A stretch of DNA of 63,962 nucleotides, filler included, from Caldilineae bacterium (GCA_037446815.1; 3 parts of 3 records of this genome joined end to end with filler, not necessarily neighbours in it); one strand, 5' to 3'. Positions 47,736 to 58,919 are shown, counted from the whole stretch's first letter. Made by a program: numbers and translations. The notes: a model not told the origin generated them from the sequence alone.

Positions 47736-49604
47736 CTATGGGCCGACGGCGAATGTCCTGTCCATGGTCAAATCGGTCTGGAACTCGCGCACCGCGCCAT
47801 CCGCGCCCCGGATGACGACCCGCAGCGGGGTGCCCCACGTCCCTGGCTGCTTCTGCACGTACAGGCGGTACGGACTTCCCACGGCAGGCGCGGGCAACCG
47901 ATAGCGAAAGACAACCTCCTGCGCCTCGCCGGGCTTGAGCACCAGCAGGCCATCCCACACCGCCAGCCCAGCCTCCGCCTCGGCCAGGTCGCCGTCCTCC
48001 AGCCCCTCGCGGCCCAGCAGTTCGGCCCCGGCGGGCACAAATACGCGCACGTAGTCCCAGTAGCACCGATCCATCATGTCCTGGTACGTGTCGCCGTAGC
48101 GCGACTCGTGCACGCACACGTCCAGGCGGGCCTGCGACGCATGGCTGTAGCGAATTTGGAGCGTCGCCGTGGCATCGGCCAGGTCCACCGTGTACGTGAT
48201 GGCCTGCCGAATCATGGGGTTCACCTTGTTGAACCCCGCATTGCTGTCCACGACGAACAGGTAGTCGCCCTGGGTGGGGACGATGCTGCCGTCCCACTTC
48301 CGTTCGCGGAGCGCGTCCTGCGCGGGCGGCAGGTACAGCAACAGGTGGCGTTCGTCCAGCAGGCGGAGGGCCGTCTGCCCGAGTTCGGCCAAGTCCAGTT
48401 TGGCCGTGTCCTTCAGCAGGCGCTGCATGACCGACTTGGCCAGGACGCCCATGAAGTTCTTGCGGAGGTTCCACCATTTGGGGTCGTCGCTGGTGATGCT
48501 CGGCCCGCCCACCGGCGACGCCCAGTAGTGCTGGATGCGATCCATGAGGTTATCGGCGGTGATGGTGTCGTCGTACTCGTCCAGGCGGATGGGGTCTGCG
48601 GCGGCCACCAGCAGTTGCAGCGCGGGCGTGTCCATGGCAACGACGCCGTGCACCTTTTCGCCGGTGTCTTGTTCGTACAGTTCCCATGCTTTGCGGGCCG
48701 ACGTCGGGAAATCGGCCCACCAGTTGGCGTCGCGCAGTAGGAGAATCTGCGCCCACATGTGGGTCTCCAGCGCGATGGGCGGGATGGGGTGCGGCTTGGT
48801 CAGGTCTATGACCGAATAACTGTCGGCGAACGTGATGGATGTAACCGCGCCTTTGTCCACCTCCACGATCCCCACGCCGCTGATGAACCCGCCCGTGGCG
48901 CGAATTTCGTCGCTGTTCTGGGCGAGAATGAGATACCTGCGCGGTTCCGTGGCCCCTAGCAGTTCCGGCGCGGCCCTCAGGAAATCCGGTGTGGAGGCCA
49001 GGACGGGCAATGCCCGATCCAGCAGAGGCGCGAAACGCGCCAGCCTGGGCGACAGGCGGCGGGTGTCCACCCTGCGCCACGCCTCCAGCGCCCGGCGCAG
49101 GGCCTGCTCCGCGTCCGCCACGGCTTGCGCATTGCCCGACGGGCGCGTTGCCAGGGCAGCCATCGCTGCGCCCATGCCATCGGGCAGGGCCGCCACGGCG
49201 GGCCGCACCTCGCCGTACAGCAGCACGCCGCCGTCCAGCAGGTGCTGCGCCATGTCCATCAGATGGGGCAGCGCGGCCAGGTCGCCCCCGACGCCGGGCA
49301 CCCAGCCGAACCACGCTGCGGCCTGGGCGAGGAATCCCCAGTCGCGACGCGCCGACGCCGCCAGTCGCCGGGCCGCGTCCAGGTGCGCGCCCAGTTCATC
49401 GGCGGCGCCCGCGCGGCTCAACCCGCGAAGCCCCTCTGCTTGCACCGCGCGCCAGTAGGCCGCCTCGGCCCTCGCCTGCCCGATCAGGCCCGGAAGGCGC
49501 GCCACTCGCGGCCCCAGGAAGACAAGGAGCGCGGCCAGAAGCGCGGCGACGACCCAAAACAGCGGTGTGCGATAGAAGCGGCGCGACGTGGCCTCAATGC
49601 TCAT
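47736..49604 (-). CDS. DUF4012-domain membrane-anchored protein
   Basis: YLILAQNSDEIRATGGFI, RDANWWADFPTSA, QKQPG. Confidence 0.85.
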   Translation of the reverse strand: MSIEATSRRFYRTPLFWVVAALLAALLVFLGPRVARLPGLIGQARAEAAYWRAVQAEGLRGLSRAGAADELGAHLDAARRLAASARRDWGFLAQAAAWFGWVPGVGGDLAALPHLMDMAQHLLDGGVLLYGEVRPAVAALPDGMGAAMAALATRPSGNAQAVADAEQALRRALEAWRRVDTRRLSPRLARFAPLLDRALPVLASTPDFLRAAPELLGATEPRRYLILAQNSDEIRATGGFISGVGIVEVDKGAVTSITFADSYSVIDLTKPHPIPPIALETHMWAQILLLRDANWWADFPTSARKAWELYEQDTGEKVHGVVAMDTPALQLLVAAADPIRLDEYDDTITADNLMDRIQHYWASPVGGPSITSDDPKWWNLRKNFMGVLAKSVMQRLLKDTAKLDLAELGQTALRLLDERHLLLYLPPAQDALRERKWDGSIVPTQGDYLFVVDSNAGFNKVNPMIRQAITYTVDLADATATLQIRYSHASQARLDVCVHESRYGDTYQDMMDRCYWDYVRVFVPAGAELLGREGLEDGDLAEAEAGLAVWDGLLVLKPGEAQEVVFRYRLPAPAVGSPYRLYVQKQPGTWGTPLRVVIRGADGAVREFQTDLTMDRTFAVGP

Positions 49605-51130
49605 CGTTGTACCCTCGTGAGAGGCCCCGCGGGTTCCTGTGTGAACCCGGCAGGGACAAGATGCTCGCCCGTTACGAAGATGGGGCGGCGCGCGAGATTG
49701 TCGGCGATGAAGCGGGCCAGCCACTCCTCATGCGGCAGGGCAGCATCTGGCAGCGCAAGGTCGGGGTTGCGGCGCTGCACCTGAGCCCGGTACCAGCCAA
49801 ACTGGAGCAGGCCCACGGAAATCGGCTCGCCCTGGAAGGCGCCGTCCAGCCCCCAACGGGCATACCACAGGGCGAAGGTGTGGCGGTCGCCGTCGGCGAG
49901 GACGATGGCATCGGAGGGGAGCGCGGCGAGCGACGCGTCCACGTACTGCTGGGCCTCGCGGTCGCCGCGCAGATCGCAGGCCGCCCAGTCCATCGCCAGC
50001 GAGAGCGCGGGCAGGGCCACCAGCGCCGCCGCGATGCCCGCCTGTGCCAGCCGCGTGAGGCCCTTTCGCTGCGCCCGCATGCGGTCGGCGATGTCGGCCA
50101 GGCCCGCCGCGATCCACGCCGCGAACACGGCCAGCGCGGGCAAGAGGTACACGTAGGAATCCGTTGTGTCGTAGCCGATGGCGTACACGGTGATGGCTAC
50201 AAACAGCCCCAGCAGTCCCCACGACGCGCGCGTGTCCCGCTCGTGGAGCGCGATGGCCCCCCACAGGCCCAGCGCGATGCCCCAGACCTTGAACTGGCCC
50301 ACCAGCAGCGCGGCCCACGCGCCCATGCGGGAGGGCCATTCGGCGAGGGGCAGCGCGAAGACGTACTGACGGTACGGCGCGGCGGAGACCACCCACCAGA
50401 ACCGCGAGGGCGTGCGCGGGTCGCCCCAGTTGATGGCGGGAGAAGCCGCCGCCCGCAACGGCACGTACAGGTAGAAGCACAGCCCCAGCGCCACAAGTCC
50501 GGCGGCCTCGCCCCAATCCCGCCGCTCGGCGCGACGGCGCTGTTCCCAGGCCCAGACCGCCACGGGAATCAGGCAGGCGGCGATGAGCAGATGATGCGCC
50601 ATGCCCAACCCGAACAGCAGCCAGGCGATCCGCCAGGCGCGTCTGCTTCCCGTGTTGCGCCAGTGGAGGATCGCGGCCAGGAATCCCACCGCGAGCAGGC
50701 TGCCCAGGGCGTACACCTCGGCGATGACCGCCTGCCCCCAGGGTATGGGCGCGAAGGCCCACAGGAGCGCCGCCGACAGCGCCGCCGGCCACCGCGATTC
50801 CCCGATGAGCGCCGCGCACAAACGGAACAGCGCCCAGGCCGCTGCCGCGCCCGCCACGGCCGAGAGGAGCGCCACGCGATGGGCCGGGGTGCCCCAACCC
50901 ACCGCCAGGAACAGCCGTGCCAGCAGGGTGTACAGCGGGTAGCCGGGCGGGTGCGGAATCCCCAGGGTGCGGGCCGCGGCAATCAGGTCGCCGCCGTCGG
51001 CGCCGTCGTGCGCCCACGTAAGGCCGGGCGGGAGCGTCGCCACGTACACGGCCAACGGGACGGCGAAGGCCGCAATCGCCGCCGCCCTCAACGCGCGGGG
51101 GGAGGATGGGCTACGCACGCTGCGTTTCAT
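49601..51130 (-). CDS. DUF2723 (TMEM260-like, GT-C) membrane glycosyltransferase
   Basis: DGGDL, GIPHPPGYPLY, AEVY, INWGDP; multiple TM helices. Confidence 0.85.
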   Translation of the reverse strand: MKRSVRSPSSPRALRAAAIAAFAVPLAVYVATLPPGLTWAHDGADGGDLIAAARTLGIPHPPGYPLYTLLARLFLAVGWGTPAHRVALLSAVAGAAAAWALFRLCAALIGESRWPAALSAALLWAFAPIPWGQAVIAEVYALGSLLAVGFLAAILHWRNTGSRRAWRIAWLLFGLGMAHHLLIAACLIPVAVWAWEQRRRAERRDWGEAAGLVALGLCFYLYVPLRAAASPAINWGDPRTPSRFWWVVSAAPYRQYVFALPLAEWPSRMGAWAALLVGQFKVWGIALGLWGAIALHERDTRASWGLLGLFVAITVYAIGYDTTDSYVYLLPALAVFAAWIAAGLADIADRMRAQRKGLTRLAQAGIAAALVALPALSLAMDWAACDLRGDREAQQYVDASLAALPSDAIVLADGDRHTFALWYARWGLDGAFQGEPISVGLLQFGWYRAQVQRRNPDLALPDAALPHEEWLARFIADNLARRPIFVTGEHLVPAGFTQEPAGPLTRVQR

Positions 51131-52119
51131 CTCCCCAGCGCCCTCCGCAGCAGAAATCGCGCCATGCCCAGCGCGAAGCCGACGCCCAGCGCCGTCGTCC
51201 GCGCCCACAGCAGCATCGGCGACGCCAGCGCCACGGCCAAGTCCTTGCCCGCGGCCCGCCACGCGAACGGGAGGGTCGTCGCCGTCAGCGCCAGGGCCGC
51301 GCCCGCGGGCCACCAGAAGGATACCAGCCCCGCCCCCGCAGGCACGCACAACGCCAACGTCAGGTAGAACAGCACCAACTGCGCGCGCTGCGACAGGGGC
51401 GTGTGCGTGTCGCGCGCCAGTTTGTTGGGGTGGGTTCGCACAATCCTCGCCTTCCAGAAACCGATGCGGAACTTCTTGGACATATACGCCCGCAGCGATT
51501 CCGTGTGGCGGTGGTAGACAATGGCGTCGGGGACGAACACCAGGCGATATCCTCGGTTCGCAAGGCGGAACGAGAAGTCTTGATCTTCGTCAAAGGGGAG
51601 CGTGGGGTCAAACCCGTCGTTGGCCAGAAACACGTCGCGGCGATAGGCGGCGGAATACGTGTCCACGAAGTCAATGTCCTGTAGCGGCGTGAGGAGGCGG
51701 TATTTGTCCTCGTACTCCAACTGGACGAAGCGGGCCATCAGCGACCGTTGGCGCGTGCGGTAGACGCCCCGCGCGCCGGCCACCGACCCATCCGCGAACG
51801 GCGCGGCCAGGCGGGCTATCCAGTCGGGATTGGGCACACAGTCGGCATCGGTGAACAGGAGCAGCGCGCCACGGGCGGCCTCCGCGCCTCGGTTTCGGGC
51901 CGCCGCGCGTCCGGCGTGGGGGATGCGCACAACTCTCGCCCCCGCCGCTTCGGCGATGGCTGCCGTGTCGTCCGCCGAGCCGTCATCCACCACGATGACC
52001 TCGTAGTCGGGCGGGGCTCCCGCCTGGCTGCGCAAGGCGTCCAGGCACGCGGGCAGCGTCGCCGCGGCGTTGCGGGCGGGGACTATGACGGAAACCGCCG
52101 GCGATAAACCTTCGGGCAT
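51127..52119 (-). CDS. GT2 glycosyltransferase with C-terminal TM helices
   Basis: VSVIVPARN, VVDDGSAD, FTDADC, EDQD. Confidence 0.9.
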   Translation of the reverse strand: MPEGLSPAVSVIVPARNAAATLPACLDALRSQAGAPPDYEVIVVDDGSADDTAAIAEAAGARVVRIPHAGRAAARNRGAEAARGALLLFTDADCVPNPDWIARLAAPFADGSVAGARGVYRTRQRSLMARFVQLEYEDKYRLLTPLQDIDFVDTYSAAYRRDVFLANDGFDPTLPFDEDQDFSFRLANRGYRLVFVPDAIVYHRHTESLRAYMSKKFRIGFWKARIVRTHPNKLARDTHTPLSQRAQLVLFYLTLALCVPAGAGLVSFWWPAGAALALTATTLPFAWRAAGKDLAVALASPMLLWARTTALGVGFALGMARFLLRRALGR

Positions 52120-52185
52120 GCGTTCCCTCCGGCCCGTATTATACCCGCGGCGGCCGAGATGCAAAACGCCCCGCGCCGGTCCGTC

Positions 52186-52383
52186 CGAGATGTTCCGCCG
52201 CTCCGCCGCGGAGTAATGACGGGGGCGAGCACGTAGGGGCGACCGGCCGGTCGCCCTTGTGGCGCTGCCCTGACTGCGCCAAGCGCGGCGAAGTGAGGCA
52301 ATCTCGGGGCACAGCAGCCACAGATGGCACGGATTGCGCGGACAGCGTTACGTGCGATGCACCTGGGAGGTGCGTCGCACGTT
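52186..52383. repeat. Mosaic repeat array (B, D, G, E)
   Basis: Family D at 52233-52260; family E at 52350-52382. Confidence 0.8.
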
Positions 52384-52414
52384 TACCTTCGCGCTATTTG
52401 GCCGCGCCTCGCGC

Positions 52415-55126
52415 CTACGCCTTCTGCACCCGCACGGCGGCCACTTTGAATTCCGGAATCTTGGAAACCGGGTCCAGCGCCGCATGGGTCAGCACGTTGC
52501 CCAGCGCCTCCGCGAAGTGGAACGTCATGAACACGACGCCGGGCCTGCACCGCTGCCCCACCGCGGCCCGCGCCTTCACCCGCCCGCGTCGGGATTCCAC
52601 CACAACCCAATCGCCGTCGGCAACGCCCAGGCGGGCCGCGTCCTCGGCGTTGATTTCCACGCGCTCCTCAGGGGCCAGTTTGTTCAGCCCGGCCACGCGG
52701 CGCGTCATGGTGCCGGTATGGTAGTGCTCCAGCCTGCGCCCGGTGGTGAGGATGAGCGGATAGGTCTCGTCCGGCGTCTCGGTGGGCGGCACGTAATCCA
52801 CCGGATTGAACTTGCCCAGGCCGCGCGAGAACTTGCCCACGTGCAGGATGGGCGTGCCCGGATGGTCAAGCGACGGGCACGGCCACTGGATGCCGCCGTT
52901 TTCCAGCCGACTGTGGCGAATGCCGCCGTAGATGGGCGCCAGCGCCGCGACCTCGTCCATGATTTGGGCCGGGGATGCGTAGTCCCAGCCCGCGTAGGGG
53001 CCGTTGGGCGCCTGGCCGAGCGCCTTCAGCGTGCGGCGCGCCAGGTCCACGACGATCTCCCAGTCGGGGCGCGCCTCGCCGGGCGGGTCAATAGCGGGCC
53101 GAATCAACTGGACGCGCCGCTCCGTGTTGGTGAACGTGCCGGATTTCTCGGCGAACGACGCGGCGGGCAGCACCACATCGGCCAGGCGCGCCGTCTCGGA
53201 CAGGAAAATGTCCTGCACCACGAGGAAGTCCAGGCTTTCCAGCGCATGGATCACATGCTGGCTGTCGGGATCGCTCATGACCGGGTTCTCGCCGGTAACG
53301 TAGAGGGCCTTCAGCCGACCCTGCGCGGCGGCATTGAGCATCTCCACGATGGTGAGGCCGGGCTTGTCGCCGAAGGTAGCACCCCACGCCTGGGCGAACT
53401 TCTCGCGGGCCTTCTCGTCGGCGACGCGCTGGTAGCCGGGGAAGAAGTCGGGGAGGCAGCCCATGTCGCACGCGCCCTGCACGTTGTTCTGGCCGCGCAG
53501 CGGGTTGACGCCGCCGCCACGGATGCCCATGTTGCCCGTGAGCATTTGCAGGTTGGCGCACGCTTGCACGCCCTGGTGCCCCGACGTGTGCTGGGTAACG
53601 CCCATGGCGTACACCAGGGCGGCGGGCTTCGCCGTCGCGTACAGGCGCGCCGCCTCGTACAGTTTCGCCACGGGCACGCCGGTGATTTCGCTCACCCGTT
53701 CGGGCGTGTACTTCTCCACCACCGCCCGCCACTCGTCAAACCCTTCGGTGCGGGAAGCGATGAACTCCTTGTCTTCCCAGCCCTCTTTCAGGATGATATG
53801 CGCCAGGCCGTTGACCAGGGCGATGTTGCCGCCGGGCTCAATGGGCAGGTGGATGTCGGCCCGCTGCGCCAGGTCGGTCCTGCGCGGGTCCACGACGATG
53901 AGCCTGGCCCCCTCCCGCACCGCCTTGCGGATATTGAGGCCGATAATTGGGTGCTGTTCCGTCGTGTTGGAGCCGATGATGAGGAAGGCTTTCGCCTCCT
54001 TCATGTCCTCAATGGAGTTGGTCATGGCTCCGGAGCCGAATGCTGTGACCAGACCGGTCACGGTGCTACTGTGTCAGAGACGCGCACAATGGTCTACATT
54101 GTGCGTCCCCAGCACCCCCCTTGCATACTTTTGGAGCAGGTAGTTTTCCTCGTTGGTGCACTTGGCCGATGTGAGGAGCGCGACGGCGTCGGGGCCGCTG
54201 TCCCGCACAATGGCGGCCAGCCGCTCGGCCACGAGGTCCAGCGCCTCGTCCCAGGTAGCCTCCACGAAGGCGCCATCCTTCTTGATAAGCGGCTTCTTCA
54301 GGCGCTCGGAGTGATTGATGAACTCGTACCCGAACCTGCCCTTGACGCAGGTGCGGCCTCGGTTCACGGGGTTCTCCGGGTCGCCGCGGACGCCGACGAC
54401 GGTGTTGCCGCGCGTCTGGAGAATCAGGCCGCAGCCCACGCCACAGTAGGGGCAAATGGTCTTGGTCTCTGCCGTGGGCAGGCCGTAGCGCAGCCACGCC
54501 GCCGGATACAGCGCACCCACGGGGCATTTCTCCACGCACTGCCCGCACGACTCGCACGTGGATGTGGCCACGGGGCGATCCAGCACCGTCGCGATCTTGG
54601 TGCGGAAGCCGCGGTAGGCGAAGTTGATGGCGCCCAGTTGCTGAACCTCGTCGCAGGTGCGCACGCACTTGCCGCACAAGATGCAGCGGTCCAGGTCGCG
54701 GTGGTAGAACGGGTTGGAGTCGTCAATCGGGTAGGCGTGCTTTTCGCCGCGGAAGCGGTTGGTGCGAACGCCCACGTAGGCCGCCACGCGCTGGAGGTCG
54801 CAGCGGTTGTTCTGGGGGCAGGTCAGGCAATCCTCCGGGTGGTCCGAGAGGAGCAGTTCCACGACATTGCGGCGCGTTTTGTCAATGATGGGGCTGGAGG
54901 TGCGTACTACCATGCCGTCGGTGGCGGGCGTGGTGCACGAGGGCAACATGGGCCTGCGGTCGCCCTGCACTTCCACCAGGCACAGGCGGCACGCGCCGAA
55001 GGGGAGCAAGTCCTCGTCGGCGCACAGGGTGGGGATGTACACGCCGGCCTTCCGCGCGGCGTCTAGGATGGTGGCTCCGTCCTCAACGCTTACCGTCTTG
55101 CCGTCAATGGTCAGCGAAATGGTCAT
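52415..55126 (-). CDS. fdhF: Selenocysteine-containing formate dehydrogenase alpha subunit (HylA-FdhF type, 903 aa)
   Basis: ORFs 54074-55180 and 52415-54061 are in frame across TGA 54074-54076, giving DHCARL-U-HSSTVTGL; also CPYCGVGC, LRGQNNVQG, PEFK. Confidence 0.93.
54045..54061 (-). promoter_or_regulatory. Bacterial SECIS hairpin
   Basis: GTGACC-GGTCT-GGTCAC, with the loop starting 18 nt after UGA; same GGUCUG loop register as E. coli fdhF. Confidence 0.85.
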
Positions 55127-55157
55127 GTCTGCGTCTCCTTCCGTCCGAGAACCGTGG

Positions 55158-57017
55158 CTATTCCACGAGGACCGCGTCAAAGTTGCACACCTGGCGGCAT
55201 GTGTCGCAGCGGGTGCACAGGGCCGGATCTATGACATGCACCTTCTTGCGCTCGCCGCTGATGGCGCCCACAGGGCAGTTGCGGGCGCACAGGGTGCAGC
55301 CGGTGCACTTCTCCTCGGAAATGCGGTACGTGATGAGGGCCTTGCACACCTTGGCCGGGCAGCGATGCTCCTTGATGTGCGCCTCGTACTCGTCGCGGAA
55401 ATAGCGGATGGTGCTCAACACCGGGTTTGGCGCGGTCTGGCCCAGCCCGCACAGCGACCCGAGTTTCACCGTCTCGCCGAGTTCCAGGAGCAGGTCAATG
55501 TCTTCCATCTTCCCCTGGCCGGCCACGATGCGCTCCAGGATTTCCAACATGCGCTTGGTTCCCAGGCGACATGGGATGCACTTCCCGCACGATTCGCTCT
55601 GGGTGAAGTTCAGGAAGAAGCGCGCCACGTCCACCATGCACGTGGAGTCGTCCATGACGACGAGGCCGCCGGAGCCCATGATGGAACCCGCCTTCGTGAG
55701 CGTCTCGTAGTCAATCGGCCAATCCAGGTGCTCGCTGGACAGGCAACCGCCAGATGGGCCACCCGTCTGCGCGGCTTTGAACTGCCTGCCGTTGGCGATG
55801 CCGCCCCCCACGCCGAAGATGACTTCGCGCAGGGTCATCCCAAAGGGCACTTCTATCAGGCTGCTGTGCACCACCTTGCCGGTGAGGGCGAAGGTCTTGG
55901 TGCCTTTGCTCTTCTCGGTGCCCACGGCGGCGAACCAATCGGCGCCGTTGAGGATAATCGGAGGGATGTTGTTGAGCGTCTCCACGTTGTTGATGTTGGT
56001 CGGCTGTCCCCACAGGCCCTTCTGGGCGGGGAATGGCGGGCGCGGGCGAGGCATGCCGCGTTTGCCTTCAATGGACGCCATCAGCGCCGTCTCTTCGCCG
56101 CACACGAATGCCCCCGCGCCTTCCTTGATGGTAACGTCAAAACTGAAGTCGGTGCCGAAGATGTGTTCGCCCAGGAGGCCCAGGGCCCGCGCCTGCTCCA
56201 GCGCCTTGCGCAGCCGCACGATGGCCAGTGGGTACTCGGCGCGGCAGTAGATGTAGCCGTGGTCGGCGCCGATGGCGTAGGCCGCGATGAGCAATCCCTC
56301 CAGGACGCTGTGCGGGTCGCCCTCCAGGACGCTGCGGTTCATGAACGCACCCGGGTCGCCCTCGTCGGCGTTGCAGATGACGTACTTGTGCTCGCCCGGC
56401 GATTGGCGGCAGAAGCCCCACTTCATGCCCGTGGGGAACCCGGCGCCGCCCCTGCCGCGCAATCCCGATCGCTTCACCTCGTCAATCACCGCCTCGGGGG
56501 TCATCTCAAACAGCGCTTTGGCCAGCGCGGCATACCCGTCGCGGACGATGTATTCGGCCACCGATTCGGGGTCAATGAAGCCGCAGTTGCGGAGAACCGT
56601 GCGCCGCTGCGTGGCGAAGAACGGCAACTGCTTCCACGATGGAACGCCATCATACGGCTCGTCGCCGATGACCGCGAAGGCCAAATCTTTGCGCACGTTG
56701 TCGTGAAGCAGGTGCTCTTCAAGAATCGTCGGGATGCTCTTGGGGGTTACCTTGGCGTAGCAGATACGAGGCGCGCCCGGCTTGACGATGTCCACCAGCG
56801 GCTCTTCAAAGCACATGCCGATGCAGCCCACGGGGACAATCTCGGCGGACACGGGCATGTCGGCCAGTTTCTCGCGCAGGGCCGCCAGGACGTCCAGGCC
56901 GCCGGCGGCGATCCCGCACGTGCCCAGCCCGACGAGAATGCGGGTCTTGTCGGGCGGCCGTGTCCGCGCGACCTCGCTCTCGGCCCATGCGCGCAGGGAA
57001 GCGTAATCGCTATGCAT
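55158..57017 (-). CDS. NuoF/HylB-like FMN/NADH subunit with a C-terminal 2x[4Fe-4S] domain
   Basis: GTCGIAAG, GRGGAGF, NADEGDPG, CGEETAL, CGKCIPC, CTGCTLC, CTRCDTC. Confidence 0.92.
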   Translation of the reverse strand: MHSDYASLRAWAESEVARTRPPDKTRILVGLGTCGIAAGGLDVLAALREKLADMPVSAEIVPVGCIGMCFEEPLVDIVKPGAPRICYAKVTPKSIPTILEEHLLHDNVRKDLAFAVIGDEPYDGVPSWKQLPFFATQRRTVLRNCGFIDPESVAEYIVRDGYAALAKALFEMTPEAVIDEVKRSGLRGRGGAGFPTGMKWGFCRQSPGEHKYVICNADEGDPGAFMNRSVLEGDPHSVLEGLLIAAYAIGADHGYIYCRAEYPLAIVRLRKALEQARALGLLGEHIFGTDFSFDVTIKEGAGAFVCGEETALMASIEGKRGMPRPRPPFPAQKGLWGQPTNINNVETLNNIPPIILNGADWFAAVGTEKSKGTKTFALTGKVVHSSLIEVPFGMTLREVIFGVGGGIANGRQFKAAQTGGPSGGCLSSEHLDWPIDYETLTKAGSIMGSGGLVVMDDSTCMVDVARFFLNFTQSESCGKCIPCRLGTKRMLEILERIVAGQGKMEDIDLLLELGETVKLGSLCGLGQTAPNPVLSTIRYFRDEYEAHIKEHRCPAKVCKALITYRISEEKCTGCTLCARNCPVGAISGERKKVHVIDPALCTRCDTCRQVCNFDAVLVE

Positions 57018-57477
57018 GTTCTTCCTCCGCAGTCTTGCGTATGAGGCGGCGCGCCTTGTCCGGACTCAAGTTGCCATAGGTGCGCCCGTCCACGACCATC
57101 ACGGGCGCCAGGCTACATGCACCGAAACAGGCGATTTTCTCCACCGTGAACAGGCCATCGGGGGTGGTGTCCTCGCCACTCCCCAAGCGCAGTTCGCTCT
57201 CCACCGCCGTAACGATGAGCGGCGACCCACGCACATGGCATGCGGTGCCCCGGCATATCTTCACGTTGTGCTTGCCCATGGGCCGCAGCCGAAACTGGGC
57301 GTAGAACGACAGGACGCCAAAGACCTCGCTGGCGGGGATGCGCAGTTTGTCGGCGATGGCGTAGATGGCGTCCTCGGAGACGTATCCTTCGGCCTCCTGG
57401 GCCTTTTGCAGGAGGGGGATGAGGTCTCCCTTGCCGGTTACGGGCGCTTGCAGGACCTCTCGGAGTTTATCGTTCAA
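57010..57477 (-). CDS. NuoE/HylC-like [2Fe-2S] subunit
   Basis: LIPLLQ, CRGTAC, CFGAC; TTG start after AAGGAGG. Confidence 0.9.
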   Translation of the reverse strand: MNDKLREVLQAPVTGKGDLIPLLQKAQEAEGYVSEDAIYAIADKLRIPASEVFGVLSFYAQFRLRPMGKHNVKICRGTACHVRGSPLIVTAVESELRLGSGEDTTPDGLFTVEKIACFGACSLAPVMVVDGRTYGNLSPDKARRLIRKTAEEEHA

Positions 57478-57647
57478 CGTGGCCTCCTTTCGGGCGCGGT
57501 TTCGCGGCGCGAGCGCCGGATGGTCGGATGCGACACGCTGGGGATTGCTGGAGAGGCACCGAGAGGGCGTGGATGGCTCTCGGGCATCATGTCGGCTACA
57601 TTGCACAACATGGCGGCTTCTCTCCAACAGGATGATGAAGTGAGCGC

Positions 57648-57676
57648 ATTATACGACGGAATGCCCGCCCCGTCAA
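57648..57676 (-). promoter_or_regulatory. Sigma70 promoter of the fdh operon
   Basis: TTGACG, 17-nt spacer, TATAAT. Confidence 0.8.
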
Positions 57677-57725
57677 GGATTGTGCAGCGAGGTGCGGTTG
57701 CGAAGGGCGTCGGCGGCGCGGTCGT

Positions 57726-57752
57726 GTAGGGCGACCGGCCGGTCGCCCGCAC
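57726..57752. repeat. GTAG-type palindrome (family D)
   Basis: GTAGGGCGACCGGCCGGTCGCCCGCAC. Confidence 0.75.
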
Positions 57753-57914
57753 ATGCGCGCAACCGCGACGAATTTCGTTGGGCAAATTGCCAATTTGCCC
57801 AACTTTGCCCCATCCGCGCTATTCGTAGATGACGGCCCCCGTTCCCCAACCCGCCCTGTGGGGCGCAGGCGGGGCCCGCCCGATTGTCCTCCCCGACGCT
57901 TGGCGGCGAATCCT

Positions 57915-58829
57915 CTACGGCGCGGGCGGCGTTGGCAGCGCGATGAGCGGCGTGAGGCCCTCGCTGGGCAGGATGCCCCAACTGACCCCGGTCAACTGCT
58001 TGATAAACTCCAGTTGCAGCACCTGCGGGTACTTCTCCAGCGCCTTGCCGCGCTCCTCAATGGCCTGGGCATCGCCGCGGGCGCGCTCAATCTCGGCTTG
58101 GGCGTCGCCTTTAGCGCGTTCAATCTCGGCTTGCGCTTCGCCTTTGGCCAACTCCACGGTCTTCTCGGCCTGATAGGTGGCGGCCTGGGCCTGGTAGCGG
58201 GCGGTCTCTATCTGCTCCTGGGCGATCTGCTGCTGCTCAATGGCGGCGATGTAATCGTCGTCAAAGGCGATTTTGCGGAGGGCGAAACTGTCCAGGATTA
58301 CGCCCTTCTCGGCGAACAACGTGTGAAGCCGCTGCCCGATGTCGGCCTCCACGTTGAAGACGTCGCCGCTGTACAGTTGCTGGGCGGGATAGCGTTGCAT
58401 GGTCAGGCGCACCACGCTGCGCGAGTGGAACTTCACGACGCGCTCCGTAACCATGGTCATGTTCTCGCCCACCTTGGCATAGACGTCGCGGATGTTCTCC
58501 TTCGGCACGTAGAAGCGCACGCTGAAGGTTACGGTGATGGGCTGGCCGTCGGAGGTCTGGGCGTCCACGAAGACATCGCGGAAGTCGGCGCGGCTTTCCC
58601 CGGGCTCGCGCGAGGTCTCATAGACCATGCCGCGCGTGCTGAAGCAGTTGAATTGCTGCGCGATGGGGATGCGCAGGTGGAAGCCCGGGCCGGCGACGCC
58701 GGTTACCTCGCCGAACGTGGTTACGGCGCACGCCTCGCCAGCATCCACCACGCGGGCGAACCCGGTGGACGCCAGGATGATCACCAGCACGAGCAACACG
58801 ATGGCGAGTGGGCCGAGTCTGCGGGACAT
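57915..58829 (-). CDS. SPFH/prohibitin (band 7) family protein
   Basis: N-terminal TM helix, GPGFH..P, TSDGQ, 11-aa AKG.AQAEIER coiled-coil repeats; AAGGAGG RBS. Confidence 0.9.
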   Translation of the reverse strand: MSRRLGPLAIVLLVLVIILASTGFARVVDAGEACAVTTFGEVTGVAGPGFHLRIPIAQQFNCFSTRGMVYETSREPGESRADFRDVFVDAQTSDGQPITVTFSVRFYVPKENIRDVYAKVGENMTMVTERVVKFHSRSVVRLTMQRYPAQQLYSGDVFNVEADIGQRLHTLFAEKGVILDSFALRKIAFDDDYIAAIEQQQIAQEQIETARYQAQAATYQAEKTVELAKGEAQAEIERAKGDAQAEIERARGDAQAIEERGKALEKYPQVLQLEFIKQLTGVSWGILPSEGLTPLIALPTPPAP

Positions 58830-58919
58830 TTTTCCTCCTTCGGTGGGCACGGTGGTAACGAATCGGATGTTGGGTTTCTTTTGCATAGGCTGCCTCGCTG
58901 TACAGGGACTTTGGGGCCA

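Noticed and set aside
54074..54076. fdh nonsense pseudogene
   Set aside because: The TGA is at the conserved Sec/Cys ligand position and is followed by a SECIS.
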